Below are positions 8,048 through 17,118 of a stretch of DNA of 36,582 nucleotides, piece by piece; within the stretch, counting starts at the first letter, position 1; the number at the start of each line of letters is the position of its first letter. The stretch is from Myxococcales bacterium (GTDB lineage Bacteria > Myxococcota_A > UBA9042): the NCBI GenBank assembly GCA_037441385.1, contig JBBISH010000061.1, forward strand, positions 1 through 36,582, in the 5' to 3' direction. A program made the translations under genes and the position numbers. The notes beneath the pieces are model-generated. The model searched no databases. It was not told where the DNA came from and saw only the letters and a list, made by a program, of their open reading frames with translations.

Positions 8048-9915
8048 GGCGACCCCGCTTTGTCGCCCAGGGCGATGCCCAGTACCAGCCAATCGCCTTG
8101 AGCGCCGCCGCTTTGCACCCCAACCAGCTCGGCCGAAATCGGCAATTGGACCACGGCCGCCAGGGCTTGCTGCACGTCCACATCGAACTGCAGCGGCTGG
8201 GCCAGCAGCAGCGCCACGGCCAGCTTGGCCACCGCCGGCGCCAGTGCCTGCCAATTGGCGTAGGGCGCGATCGGGTCTCCGCCCACCTCGATATGCGGCA
8301 CGTCGACCTTGCGCACCCCCAGCACGATCTTGCCGCCAATCACCTGCAGTGCCGCCTGCAAGTCCACGTCGGCGGTGAGTTCCACGGTGGTGAGCCAGCG
8401 GCCGTCCACGCGCGCCTCGACACGCGCCGACAGTTGCCGTATCCCTAGCTCGACCACCGTCGCGGTCGCTTCTTGAGCCAGGTGGACCAGGGGCGCGTGC
8501 TCGGGCAAGGCGGACGGGGCGATCTGCACGCGAATCGGCGACCCGGCCGTGGCCAAGTGGCGCACGCCCGGCATGACCACATCCAGCGCACCCAGACTGA
8601 CAAGGAGCTTGCCCGACGAAGCCGCAAACAGCTGCTGGCTGTCGGCCGACGCGCACATCAGCCCCGAGCGCAGCGTGGCCCACACCGCCTCTTCGACTGC
8701 CCGCGACGACAGAAGCAGCGCAATGTCTACTGGTTTTGCCACGCTAGAGCCGTCGGACTGCCACTGCTGCATGGCGGGCGGCAGCCCAGGGGGCGGTCCC
8801 TCGGGCAGCTTGGCAAAGGCGGTGGCGGCATCGGCCCCCGGCTCGGTAACGCAGGGATGCGCCTTGGCAAAGGCGCTGGCGTCCATCCGCGCCCTCAGCG
8901 CCGCATCTTGCACGTCGAACGCCTGCGGCGACGGCCTGACCCGCACCAGCAGCGGGCCCGCCGGCTCGCCGACCAAGTCGCCCAGCAGCGGCGCGGCTTG
9001 CGCGAGCAGCGTGCGCACATCAACGGGGACTTCCACATCCAACGGCTTGCCGTTCATCGCCTGACTGAGCACCTGCTGAACCAGCAAATTACCAACAAGT
9101 TCAAGCAGGTTGCTCATGAGCGGGCCAAGAAGATCCTTGACGCCCGCGATAGCGTCGCTGCCCAGCTTGCCGGTGGCACAGAGCTCGCACTCCAGGCAAG
9201 GGTCTTCCAGCAGCACTTGGTCGGTGCATTCGGCCAACCCGCAGTCCTTGCTCAGCGTAAAACCGATGTCGTCCAGCACCGGTTGCTGCACCTGGGTCTT
9301 GACCGCCAGCTTGCCCTGAGCGTCCACCGCCAGCACCACGTCCAGCTGGGCCGACAGGGTCGCCAGGTGCGACGTGGGCTGCCCCACGTCCACGCCGTCG
9401 TGCAGGTGGCAGGCCGCGTCCGACTCCACACCCAAGAAGCTCGCCGCGCCAAACACCACGCCCTTGACCACCCCGATGCGCGCATGATCAAAGGCGATCC
9501 GAATCCGCGCCGGGTTCGACCCTTCGACCAGCTCGATCTTCAGCGAGGCCAGGTCCAGCGTCAGCACCAAGTCGCGGGCGCCCGCCTTGCCTTGGAACAG
9601 GCCCAAACCACCCGAAAACTGCAGAGGTTGCGGCCCCAATAGCTTGGCGACGTCGATTTGCGCCACACCGCCCGGCCCGGCGCCAAACAGCGCCTTGAGC
9701 AGCGCCACCACGTGACCAGCAATGACGTCGAAACCGTGTTGCGTGATCTGGACTTGTGCGGTCTTGGCCAGCAGCAGCGCGTCGGGCGATTGCGGCGGCG
9801 GCAGCGGCCCCGAGCAAGTGGTACAGCTTTGACCACCGCAAGCGACCAGCAAACCGGGCAGCAGCCACGCCAGCAGGCGGCGCCGCGTCGGCAGCAGACC
9901 CGCAGGCAGTCCCAT
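8044..9915 (-). CDS. Large lipoprotein, possible BPI/LBP (TULIP)-like lipid-binding fold
   Basis: Lipobox LLVA-C followed by CTTC. AQVQITQHGFDVIAGHVVALL resembles the BPI/LBP N-terminal VVRISQKGLDY motif. Two halves of alternating beta strands followed by long helices. The CDS is well supported; the fold is inferred. Confidence 0.75.
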   Translation of the reverse strand: MGLPAGLLPTRRRLLAWLLPGLLVACGGQSCTTCSGPLPPPQSPDALLLAKTAQVQITQHGFDVIAGHVVALLKALFGAGPGGVAQIDVAKLLGPQPLQFSGGLGLFQGKAGARDLVLTLDLASLKIELVEGSNPARIRIAFDHARIGVVKGVVFGAASFLGVESDAACHLHDGVDVGQPTSHLATLSAQLDVVLAVDAQGKLAVKTQVQQPVLDDIGFTLSKDCGLAECTDQVLLEDPCLECELCATGKLGSDAIAGVKDLLGPLMSNLLELVGNLLVQQVLSQAMNGKPLDVEVPVDVRTLLAQAAPLLGDLVGEPAGPLLVRVRPSPQAFDVQDAALRARMDASAFAKAHPCVTEPGADAATAFAKLPEGPPPGLPPAMQQWQSDGSSVAKPVDIALLLSSRAVEEAVWATLRSGLMCASADSQQLFAASSGKLLVSLGALDVVMPGVRHLATAGSPIRVQIAPSALPEHAPLVHLAQEATATVVELGIRQLSARVEARVDGRWLTTVELTADVDLQAALQVIGGKIVLGVRKVDVPHIEVGGDPIAPYANWQALAPAVAKLAVALLLAQPLQFDVDVQQALAAVVQLPISAELVGVQSGGAQGDWLVLGIALGDKAGSP

Positions 9916-9927
9916 GGGCGTCGCCAG

Positions 9928-10833
9928 CTATCCGACCACGCGATTGCGGCCTTCGTTCTTGGCTTTGTACAGGTTCTCGTCGGCCGCGCTCAGGAGGTCC
10001 TCTACGCGCGTCATCGACTCCGCCACCGTGGCCAGCCCCAGCGAACAGGTCATCTTCAGCGAGGTGCCCTCAAAGGCGAAGTTGTGCTCTTCGATCAGGG
10101 CCCGCAGCGCCTCGGCAAAGCTCGCCGCCTTGTCGCGGTTCATCTCGGGGACCACGATGCAGAATTCCTCGCCACCGTAGCGGGCAAACAGCTCTTCGCG
10201 GCGAATGCGCGAGCTCACCAGCTTGGCGAATTCGCGCAGCACGAAATCTCCCATCAAGTGGCCGTAGGTGTCGTTGACTTTCTTGAAGAAGTCCAAGTCG
10301 AGCATGATGACGGACAGGTCGCGCTGGTAGCGCTTGGCGCGCGCAAACTCTTTGTCCAAAAAGTCGAGCAGTGCCCGCTTGTTGGCCACCTGCGTCAGGC
10401 TGTCTTCGATGGTCAGGCGATAGATCTCTTCGTGGAACGCGGCCTCGATGTTGTCGCCGGCCAGGAATTTGAAGATCGAGTCACCCACGTGGATGTAGTC
10501 GCCCGACGCCAGCATGGTCGAGCCATGCACTTGCGCTTGGTTGCGGTACGTGCCGTTGGTCGACATGTTGTCGACGAGCCGATAGCCCTGGTCGGTCGGC
10601 TCGATGCGGGCGTGATACCGCGAAACGCTGTCGCTTTTCAGGGCGATCGTGCTCTCTGGGTCGCGGCCGATGGTGACGACCGAATCGGTGACCTGGATGC
10701 GGCGGCCGATTTCGGGCCCGCGCACCATCACCAAGAAGGCGTCGCGCGACTGACCCAGGCTGGTCAGGTCCCGCACCGAGGTGATGCGGGTCTGGGCATC
10801 CAGGTGGCTGGCGGTAGTACGCATTTGCGACAT
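9928..10833 (-). CDS. FHA-domain diguanylate cyclase (FHA-GGDEF)
   Basis: FHA: IGRD...VSRYHA...STNGT. GGDEF: DSLTQVAN, DLDFFKKVNDTYGHLMGD, ARYGGEEF, ADENLYKAKNEGRNRV. Start MSQM at 10833 is approximate. Confidence 0.95.
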   Translation of the reverse strand: MSQMRTTASHLDAQTRITSVRDLTSLGQSRDAFLVMVRGPEIGRRIQVTDSVVTIGRDPESTIALKSDSVSRYHARIEPTDQGYRLVDNMSTNGTYRNQAQVHGSTMLASGDYIHVGDSIFKFLAGDNIEAAFHEEIYRLTIEDSLTQVANKRALLDFLDKEFARAKRYQRDLSVIMLDLDFFKKVNDTYGHLMGDFVLREFAKLVSSRIRREELFARYGGEEFCIVVPEMNRDKAASFAEALRALIEEHNFAFEGTSLKMTCSLGLATVAESMTRVEDLLSAADENLYKAKNEGRNRVVG

Positions 10834-10885
10834 TCGACGTCTCGCTTGGTCAGCGTGCAGCGGTAGAGCGAACCTCCCTACGACA

Positions 10886-11998
10886 TTACCAGCGGCCGCT
10901 CGCCGAAGCAACGGCGTTTGCGCCCGCGGAGTGCAAACCGTCGTCGCGCTCGCGCAGCCACTGCACCAGGGCGTCCACGTACTCCGCCACCCGCGGGCAG
11001 GTAATGCCGCTCCCCGCCAGCGCCAGCCGGGTTTGGGTCGCGTCAAAGCGCACTTCGCAGTCGAACCACTCCAAGAAGCTCCGCTCGTGGCGAACTTGCC
11101 CACTCACCGCCGGTACTTTGCGCAGCATGGCGTGCACGCGCCCCTGCCACGACACCATCGGCCGGGGCCGGCCGGCAGCATCGGCGACGGCGTCAAAGAA
11201 CGCGCGCGCCGTCATCGGCTGCTCGTCGACCAGATGGAAGGTCCCGCCCTCGGTCTGCGGCAGGCGGGCCAGGTGCACCGCGGCTTGCACGGCGTAGTCC
11301 ACGGGGGCGATGTGCAGCGAGTGCGTTCCCGCAATGGGCAACACAATCGCTTGATCCGAATGGGCAATTTGCGAGGCCAGCGCGTACACGCCTTCTAGCC
11401 GCCCTGCCTCGCCAGTCCGCGAGTCGCCGACCAGGATCGGCACGCGCACCACCGTGACCGGCAGCTTGGCCATCGCCGCGCGGGCGAGCAGCTCAGCCTC
11501 GGCCTTGGTGCGCTCGTAGGGGTTGCGGAAGGCCTGCCCCACCATGAGCTCGTGCTCGTGGACGGCGCCGGTGCGGTTGCCCGCCACGAACACGGTCGAC
11601 CACACGCAGATGCGCCGCAATTTCTTCATGCCCAAGGCGAGTTCCAGCGTCTCGCGCAGGCCCTCTACGTTGACCTGGCGCATACGGGGCGCCTCGATGC
11701 CCAGGTAGTGGATCGCCGCCAGGTGGTGGACTTCTTCCACCTCGTCGTGCAGACGCCGCACCTCGGCCCCCGACAGGCCCAGGTCCAAGGCCAGAATGTC
11801 GCCTTCCAGCACCTCGGCCCGACCTGGCCCGGTCTGGCTCAGCTCGGCCGCCAACTCGCGAGCCTCCACGGCAAATTTCTCGCGCGCCAACAGTAGCACC
11901 CGATCGCCGATCCCGGTTAGCTCGCGGGCCAGTCGGCGCGCCGCATCCAGCGGATAGCCCGTGACCAGCACCGTGCGGGCGTTTGCGTCGTGACCCAT
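10886..11998 (-). CDS. Extended SDR / NAD-binding_4 (male-sterility-like) oxidoreductase
   Basis: VLVTGYP, EGDI...LGL, HLAA, VNVEG, STVFVAG, YERTK (YxxxK), PVDY. Purine-rich RBS before MGHD. Confidence 0.88.
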   Translation of the reverse strand: MGHDANARTVLVTGYPLDAARRLARELTGIGDRVLLLAREKFAVEARELAAELSQTGPGRAEVLEGDILALDLGLSGAEVRRLHDEVEEVHHLAAIHYLGIEAPRMRQVNVEGLRETLELALGMKKLRRICVWSTVFVAGNRTGAVHEHELMVGQAFRNPYERTKAEAELLARAAMAKLPVTVVRVPILVGDSRTGEAGRLEGVYALASQIAHSDQAIVLPIAGTHSLHIAPVDYAVQAAVHLARLPQTEGGTFHLVDEQPMTARAFFDAVADAAGRPRPMVSWQGRVHAMLRKVPAVSGQVRHERSFLEWFDCEVRFDATQTRLALAGSGITCPRVAEYVDALVQWLRERDDGLHSAGANAVASASGRW

Positions 11999-12043
11999 CC
12001 CGTCCCCCTTGCCCGCTGTGCGCGCCACCGCGCCATCGATTCT

Positions 12044-12685
12044 TTATTCTTCAAGCCAACTTGCGTGCTGTTGCCGCGCAGCCGCAAGCGCCGGCCACCA
12101 GGCCCACAGCGCCCGTTCAAGGTCGGCCAGCCCGGCGTCGTTGTCAATCGCCCAGGTGGCCAGGGTCCGCCGCTGGGCAGAGGTCATCTGGGCGTCCAGG
12201 CGCAGCTGCGCCGCCTCGCGCCCCAGGCCGTCGCGGTGGGCCAGTCGCCGCAGTTGCGTGGTCGGCTCCGCCTCGATGGTCAGGGTCGCGTGGCACCGCG
12301 TGTGCAGGCCCATGTCGAACAAGAGCGCGGCGTTGATCACGGCGAGTTCGGTGCCCTGCGCTCGGCTCTGGGCCAGGGCCTGGTCCAGCGCGTCCCGAAT
12401 GCGCGGATGCACGATCGCCTCCAGACGCCGCAGCGCGCCACGGTCGGCAAACACCAACGCCCCCAAGGCTTTACGATCCAGGCTCCCGTCTGGCTGGCGC
12501 AGGTGGTCGCCGAATTCCGCCAGCACGGCCGCGAGGCCCGGGGTATCGGGTGCCACCACTTCGCGCGCCAACAGGTCCGCATCCAGGTCCGCCGCGCCGC
12601 GCGCCACCAGCCAAGCGGCCACGGTGGACTTGCCACAGGCGATACCGCCAGTCAGCCCAAGAATGTAAAGGGGTTGCGCTGCCAT
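12044..12685 (-). CDS. coaE: Dephospho-CoA kinase
   Basis: GLTGGIACGKSTV P-loop, DADLLAREVV, LDRKALG, LEAIVHPRI. Confidence 0.97.
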   Translation of the reverse strand: MAAQPLYILGLTGGIACGKSTVAAWLVARGAADLDADLLAREVVAPDTPGLAAVLAEFGDHLRQPDGSLDRKALGALVFADRGALRRLEAIVHPRIRDALDQALAQSRAQGTELAVINAALLFDMGLHTRCHATLTIEAEPTTQLRRLAHRDGLGREAAQLRLDAQMTSAQRRTLATWAIDNDAGLADLERALWAWWPALAAARQQHASWLEE

Positions 12686-12718
12686 CGGCCGCAGCAGGTC
12701 CGCGCCCAGCCGGTTGGG

Positions 12719-14527
12719 CTAGCCGCCCTTGCTGAACACATAGCTCTGGCTGAAGGTCTGCGGCGAGGCGAGCATCGGCAGGCCGCGAATGGCCATGAAC
12801 TTGTTGCGAATGCAGTCGCCGAACTTGCCCGAAGCACCCGAGATGCTGACGTCGGTGACGGTGCCTTCGGTGCCGACGGTAAAGGTGACCTTGACCTTGC
12901 CGCCTTCGTCTGGGTTGTCGCGCAGGGCTTCTTCGTAGCAGCGCTGCACGGCCGAGTTCTTGCGGGCCACCACCTTGCTGACCTCGCCCTTGCTCTCGGC
13001 CGGGCCTTCGGTGCCGCCAAAGCCCATCTTGATGTCGATCTTGACCTCTTCCTTCTTCTTGCCTTCGTCCTTGACGGCGTCGGCCTTGCGGTCACCAAAC
13101 CCACCCTTGGCGCCGGCATCGACCTTGCGCACCGTGCCGCCACCAGCGTTGCTGGCGCCCAACTTGACGCCGCTGGTACCGCCCGGCCCGTCGCCCTCTT
13201 CGCTGCCGCCGTCGCCGGTCTTGCCAAAGTTGGCCGCCACCACTTCGCCACCCTCGCCGCCGTCGTCGGCAAACATCTTGGTGGCGCCGGGCTTGCCAAA
13301 CGCACCGGCCACGGTCTTTTGCTCGATCGCAGCCCGGGCCGCGCGCTTGGCCTCCTCGGGGTCGACCTGCTTGCCCGCCGCCTGCGGCTTGTTGTCGGGG
13401 GCCTTGGCCTCTTGCTTGGCCGCCTTCTTCTCAACCTCTTTCTTGACCTCTTTTTCCTGTTCTTGCTTGGCCTTGTCCGACATGATGTCGACCTTGGGCT
13501 TCTCTTCTTCTTCCTTCTTCTCTTCCTTCTCTTGGACTTCCAGCACGTAGATCTGCTGATCTTGCTGTTCTTCGGTCTGCACGTTCTTGACGAAGCGCTC
13601 GTGGTGCTCGTAGTACAGCCGCGACTGAATCACCAACGAAAGCAACAGGATCGCCGACACCGCGAACGACAAGGTCCAGGTCGAATCGTGGACCAAGGGG
13701 CCAAAGATCTGCGACACCAGGCTCTTGCGCGGCATGGCCGGCACGGTCACCGACTGCTTGACCACCTGGAACAGCAGCGTGTACGGGCCCAGCGACGCGC
13801 GCCCGCGGGCCTTGAGCGGCAGCTTGAACTCGATGAAGTCGCCGGACTGCACCACGACTTTCTTGGCCGTCGCCTCGGCCAGATCCATGGGCGCGCCGTC
13901 GACCGCCAGGCGCAGCTGGCAGTCCTTGGGCAGGCGGACCTGGAACTCGGTGGCGCCCTTGACGCCCGCAAAGTGCGCCGGGTTGCCCTTGTAGTCGCCC
14001 GGGGGCAGCACCACCGTCGACTTCAGCTCGGAGCCGATGGTGATCGGCAGGCCAGAGTGAAAGACTTGATCGCTGAGCAGGCGGTCTTCGTGCACCAGGC
14101 CAATGCGCAAGACGGTCTCTTCGCGCGTCAGGGTGGGCACCGAGTCGCCGCGCACGAACTGGAACATCAAGATGATATCGCCCATCGACAGCGAACCGCC
14201 GGTGAACGCTTCGATCGGCACGCACTTGGCGCCCTTGACCGTGGTGACCTGCGACTTGACGGCATCCATGCCGCCCGCGGGGCCGCCGCGCAGGTTGATT
14301 CCGTGCGATGGGTCGGTCGGCAGCACCACGAAGTACTGGCCGCCCTGCAGCACCGCAACCGGAATTTGCGCAGGAAATTCAGGGTAGTCTGCTGGAGGAA
14401 TCTGGATGGTGCAGTCGGGTCGGGCGCCGATCGACACGTCGATCCGGCGGTCCAAGACGCGCTCGGCCACCACTTGCCCCCGGTAGACCACGCCGATTCT
14501 GAGTACGCGGCTGGTATCGAGACCCAT
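12719..14527 (-). CDS. AgmX/PglI (GltG-like) TonB-C-terminal-domain protein, paralog 1
   Basis: Two tandem FHA-like cytoplasmic modules, one TM helix, a Lys/Glu- then Gly-rich linker, and a C-terminal domain VQRCYEEALRDNP..GKVKVTFTVG..G.V...CI. AGGAG RBS before MGLD. Confidence 0.8.
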   Translation of the reverse strand: MGLDTSRVLRIGVVYRGQVVAERVLDRRIDVSIGARPDCTIQIPPADYPEFPAQIPVAVLQGGQYFVVLPTDPSHGINLRGGPAGGMDAVKSQVTTVKGAKCVPIEAFTGGSLSMGDIILMFQFVRGDSVPTLTREETVLRIGLVHEDRLLSDQVFHSGLPITIGSELKSTVVLPPGDYKGNPAHFAGVKGATEFQVRLPKDCQLRLAVDGAPMDLAEATAKKVVVQSGDFIEFKLPLKARGRASLGPYTLLFQVVKQSVTVPAMPRKSLVSQIFGPLVHDSTWTLSFAVSAILLLSLVIQSRLYYEHHERFVKNVQTEEQQDQQIYVLEVQEKEEKKEEEEKPKVDIMSDKAKQEQEKEVKKEVEKKAAKQEAKAPDNKPQAAGKQVDPEEAKRAARAAIEQKTVAGAFGKPGATKMFADDGGEGGEVVAANFGKTGDGGSEEGDGPGGTSGVKLGASNAGGGTVRKVDAGAKGGFGDRKADAVKDEGKKKEEVKIDIKMGFGGTEGPAESKGEVSKVVARKNSAVQRCYEEALRDNPDEGGKVKVTFTVGTEGTVTDVSISGASGKFGDCIRNKFMAIRGLPMLASPQTFSQSYVFSKGG

Positions 14528-14794
14528 TCGCTCGCTCCTGGGGTGCCTTGCCCGCGGTTTCCCCGCATGCCGCGGCCAGGCAGGCCCTGCGCTTCTACGC
14601 GTCACACTTCAACGCCGCGGTCAGGCGGCATCGCGCCGCGGTTGGACGGCCTGGGGCTCGTCCTGCGGCCGCCAGCGCTGGTTTGCCCAACGTTGGCGTC
14701 AATCTTCTTTCAGCTCGCCCGGTTGCGGCGCTCGCACCGCGCCCACGGTCTGCTGATCAGGGATCGTGCTCGGCCCACGCCGATGCAACACGCG

Positions 14795-14824
14795 ATAGTA
14801 GTGGCCGGGTAGGCGCGCTGTCAA
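14795..14824 (-). promoter_or_regulatory. Sigma70-type promoter TTGACA-N18-TACTAT
   Basis: Perfect -35 at 14819-14824 and -10 at 14795-14800, read on the minus strand, about 260 nt upstream of the paralog 1 start. Confidence 0.6.
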
Positions 14825-15045
14825 ACCATGCGCGAGCGGCCGAGGCCCTGTTGCCCACTGCCCGCGGACCCTACCAACCTGCGCGACGGGGCGCTGGCGA
14901 GTCACTACGTCTGACGCAGGGCCCCGCGAACGGATCTATGGCCGCGACCTGGGCCGCGCCAACGCACATATTTGCACACGAAACGTGGAAACAGCGTGCG
15001 GGCCCGGCGGCGGCAAGCGTGGCGTGCGCCGCGGCGGACCCGGTA

Positions 15046-16836
15046 TCAGCCCTTCGAGAAGACGTAGCTCTGCGAGAACGTCTGCGGCGACGTGAGCTCG
15101 GGCAAGCCGCGGATCGAGCTGAACTTGGCCTTGATGCAATCGGCGAATTTGCCCGACGCGCCCGAAACGCTGACGTCGGTGACCGTGCCCTCTGTGCCGA
15201 CCGTGAAGGTGACCTTGACCTTGCCGCCTTCGCTGGGGTTTTCGCGCAAGGCGTCTTCGTAGCAGCGCTGCACCGCCGAGTTCTTGCGCGCGATCATCTT
15301 CTTGACTTCGTCTTTGCCCTCGCCGCTGCCCTCCATCGAGCCCGGCGAGAAATTGATGTTGACCTTCTCTTCCGGTGGCTTCTTGGCACCGCTTTCGACC
15401 ACTTTTTGGTCGCGGTTGCCCACCAGGGCCTTGCCGTCGCCGGTTCCGCCTACGCGCTGGACGCCGGCACTGGCGGCCTTGCCGGTGGCGATCTTGACGC
15501 CTGGCGTGCCCTCTTTGCCTTCGCCCTCGCCGTCGCCGCCCTTGTCGCCAAAGGTCTTTGCGACGACGTCGCCAACCTCGCCTTCGCCGGCTTCTTGATA
15601 GAACTTACTGCCTTTGGCCTCAAACGCGCCTGCGACGGTGTTCTTCTTGATGCTGTCGTCGGCGGCCGCGCGGCGGTTGCGGGCCTCTTCGTCGGGATCG
15701 GCTGCCGCGGGACCCGAATTCTTCTTGGGTGCGTCCGCCGCCGCCTTGTCCGCCGACTTGGCGGGGGCCTTCTTTTCGGCGGGAACGAGCGGTGCCGCGG
15801 TGGGCTCGGGGCCTTTGACCTCCTCGACCTTTTCGGGCTCTTTTTCCTCTTCCTTCTCTTTTTGCTCGACCACGACTTCGATCGGCATGCGGGCGGCGTC
15901 GACTTCCTGGGCGCGCGCGCGCTCTAGGAACTTGCCGATATGGGTCTGGTAGTAGTGCGCCTGGATCGCGATGCCGCCAAAGCACAGCAGCGACACCGAG
16001 AACGACACCCACCACACGGGATCGCCCAGCACACCGCGGATGAGCGAGTGGGCAAAGCTGCGCCTTTGCAGCACCGGCACCGTGACCGTCTGCTTGACCA
16101 CCTGGAACAAGACGGTGTGCGAACCCATCACCGCGCGACCGCGGGTGCCCAGGGCAAAGTGGCACAGGGTGGCATCGCCCTCGACCCTGGCTTTGCCGCG
16201 CGCCTGCAAATCCTTGAGTTCCAACGGCTGTTCGTCGATCGCCACGCGGATCTTCATGGCGCTGGGCGCGCGCATGGTGACCGAGCCGTCTTTGTGGTTC
16301 TGGAACACCAGCGACGGGCCTTGGTAGTCCTCGCCGGGGAGAACAATCGTGCTATCGCGGCCGTTGCCGATCGACACTTCTTTGACGTCGGGATAAATGC
16401 GGTCGTCGATCAGGCGCTCGTCAAACACCAAGCCCAGGCGCAGCACGGTGCGTTCGCGCGTCTCGGTCGGGTGGCTGTCGCCGCGCACGAACTGGAACAT
16501 CACCGTGACGTCGCCGTTGCTCATCGAGCCGCCAGCGGCCTCGGCGATCGGCAGGACTCGCCGCCCCTTGACGGTCTCTGCAGACGCGGCCGCCGCGCCG
16601 CGCAGGCTGACGCGCGCCGACGGGTCGGCCGGCACTACCAAGTAGTGCTGGCCCTTCTCGAACACCATGAAGTCGATGAACTCGGGGAAGTCCGGATGAT
16701 CTTTGGGCGACACCTGGACCGTAGAGCCGGCGCGGCGGCCGATCGAGATATCGATCTTGCGTTCGATGACCTCTTCGTGAATGACCACGCCGCGGTACAC
16801 GAGTCCAAGGCGGATATTGCGATTGGGGCTGCTCAT
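15046..16836 (-). CDS. AgmX/PglI (GltG-like) TonB-C-terminal-domain protein, paralog 2
   Basis: Same architecture as 12719-14527. The last 81 aa are 70/81 identical by manual count. GAGG RBS. Confidence 0.8.
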   Translation of the reverse strand: MSSPNRNIRLGLVYRGVVIHEEVIERKIDISIGRRAGSTVQVSPKDHPDFPEFIDFMVFEKGQHYLVVPADPSARVSLRGAAAASAETVKGRRVLPIAEAAGGSMSNGDVTVMFQFVRGDSHPTETRERTVLRLGLVFDERLIDDRIYPDVKEVSIGNGRDSTIVLPGEDYQGPSLVFQNHKDGSVTMRAPSAMKIRVAIDEQPLELKDLQARGKARVEGDATLCHFALGTRGRAVMGSHTVLFQVVKQTVTVPVLQRRSFAHSLIRGVLGDPVWWVSFSVSLLCFGGIAIQAHYYQTHIGKFLERARAQEVDAARMPIEVVVEQKEKEEEKEPEKVEEVKGPEPTAAPLVPAEKKAPAKSADKAAADAPKKNSGPAAADPDEEARNRRAAADDSIKKNTVAGAFEAKGSKFYQEAGEGEVGDVVAKTFGDKGGDGEGEGKEGTPGVKIATGKAASAGVQRVGGTGDGKALVGNRDQKVVESGAKKPPEEKVNINFSPGSMEGSGEGKDEVKKMIARKNSAVQRCYEDALRENPSEGGKVKVTFTVGTEGTVTDVSVSGASGKFADCIKAKFSSIRGLPELTSPQTFSQSYVFSKG

Positions 16837-16988
16837 CGATTTCCTCGCACGATTCGGTGGCGGGGCACGGCCGCGCCGGACTCAGTCGGGACCGAACTGG
16901 CCGCAGTGGGCCAGATCGATTCGCATGCACGGGCGCCTTCGCCACGTTCCCGGTAGGGTTTGCGATCGGTCCAAAACCGGTAGAACGT

Positions 16989-17018
16989 AAACTATTGCAG
17001 ACGCAGCAAAACTGTCAA
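16989..17018 (-). promoter_or_regulatory. Sigma70-type promoter TTGACA-N18-TAGTTT
   Basis: -35 at 17013-17018 and -10 at 16989-16994, upstream of paralog 2. Confidence 0.5.
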
Positions 17019-17058
17019 CGCCCCGGCGGCGGCAAACGCAAGTGCCGGCGGCATCGGC

Positions 17059-17086
17059 TTGTGCCACCCGCCAAGGCTGGTACACT
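17059..17086 (+). promoter_or_regulatory. Extended -10 promoter (TTGTGC-N16-TACACT with TG at -15/-14)
   Basis: TGG TACACT at 17078-17086, just upstream of the ATG at 17119. Confidence 0.4.
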
Positions 17087-17118
17087 CCGCGGGCCGCTGG
17101 GCGCGGCCAGGGGCACCT

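Noticed and set aside
11990..14812. 940-aa plus-strand ORF and many other long antisense/overlapping ORFs (e.g. 14548-15927, 23658-24938, 175-1308)
   Set aside because: Shadow ORFs of real genes in high-GC DNA. No motifs and atypical composition.
12719..15300. Recent gene conversion between the paralog 3' ends
   Set aside because: Numerous synonymous differences. The pattern fits purifying selection.
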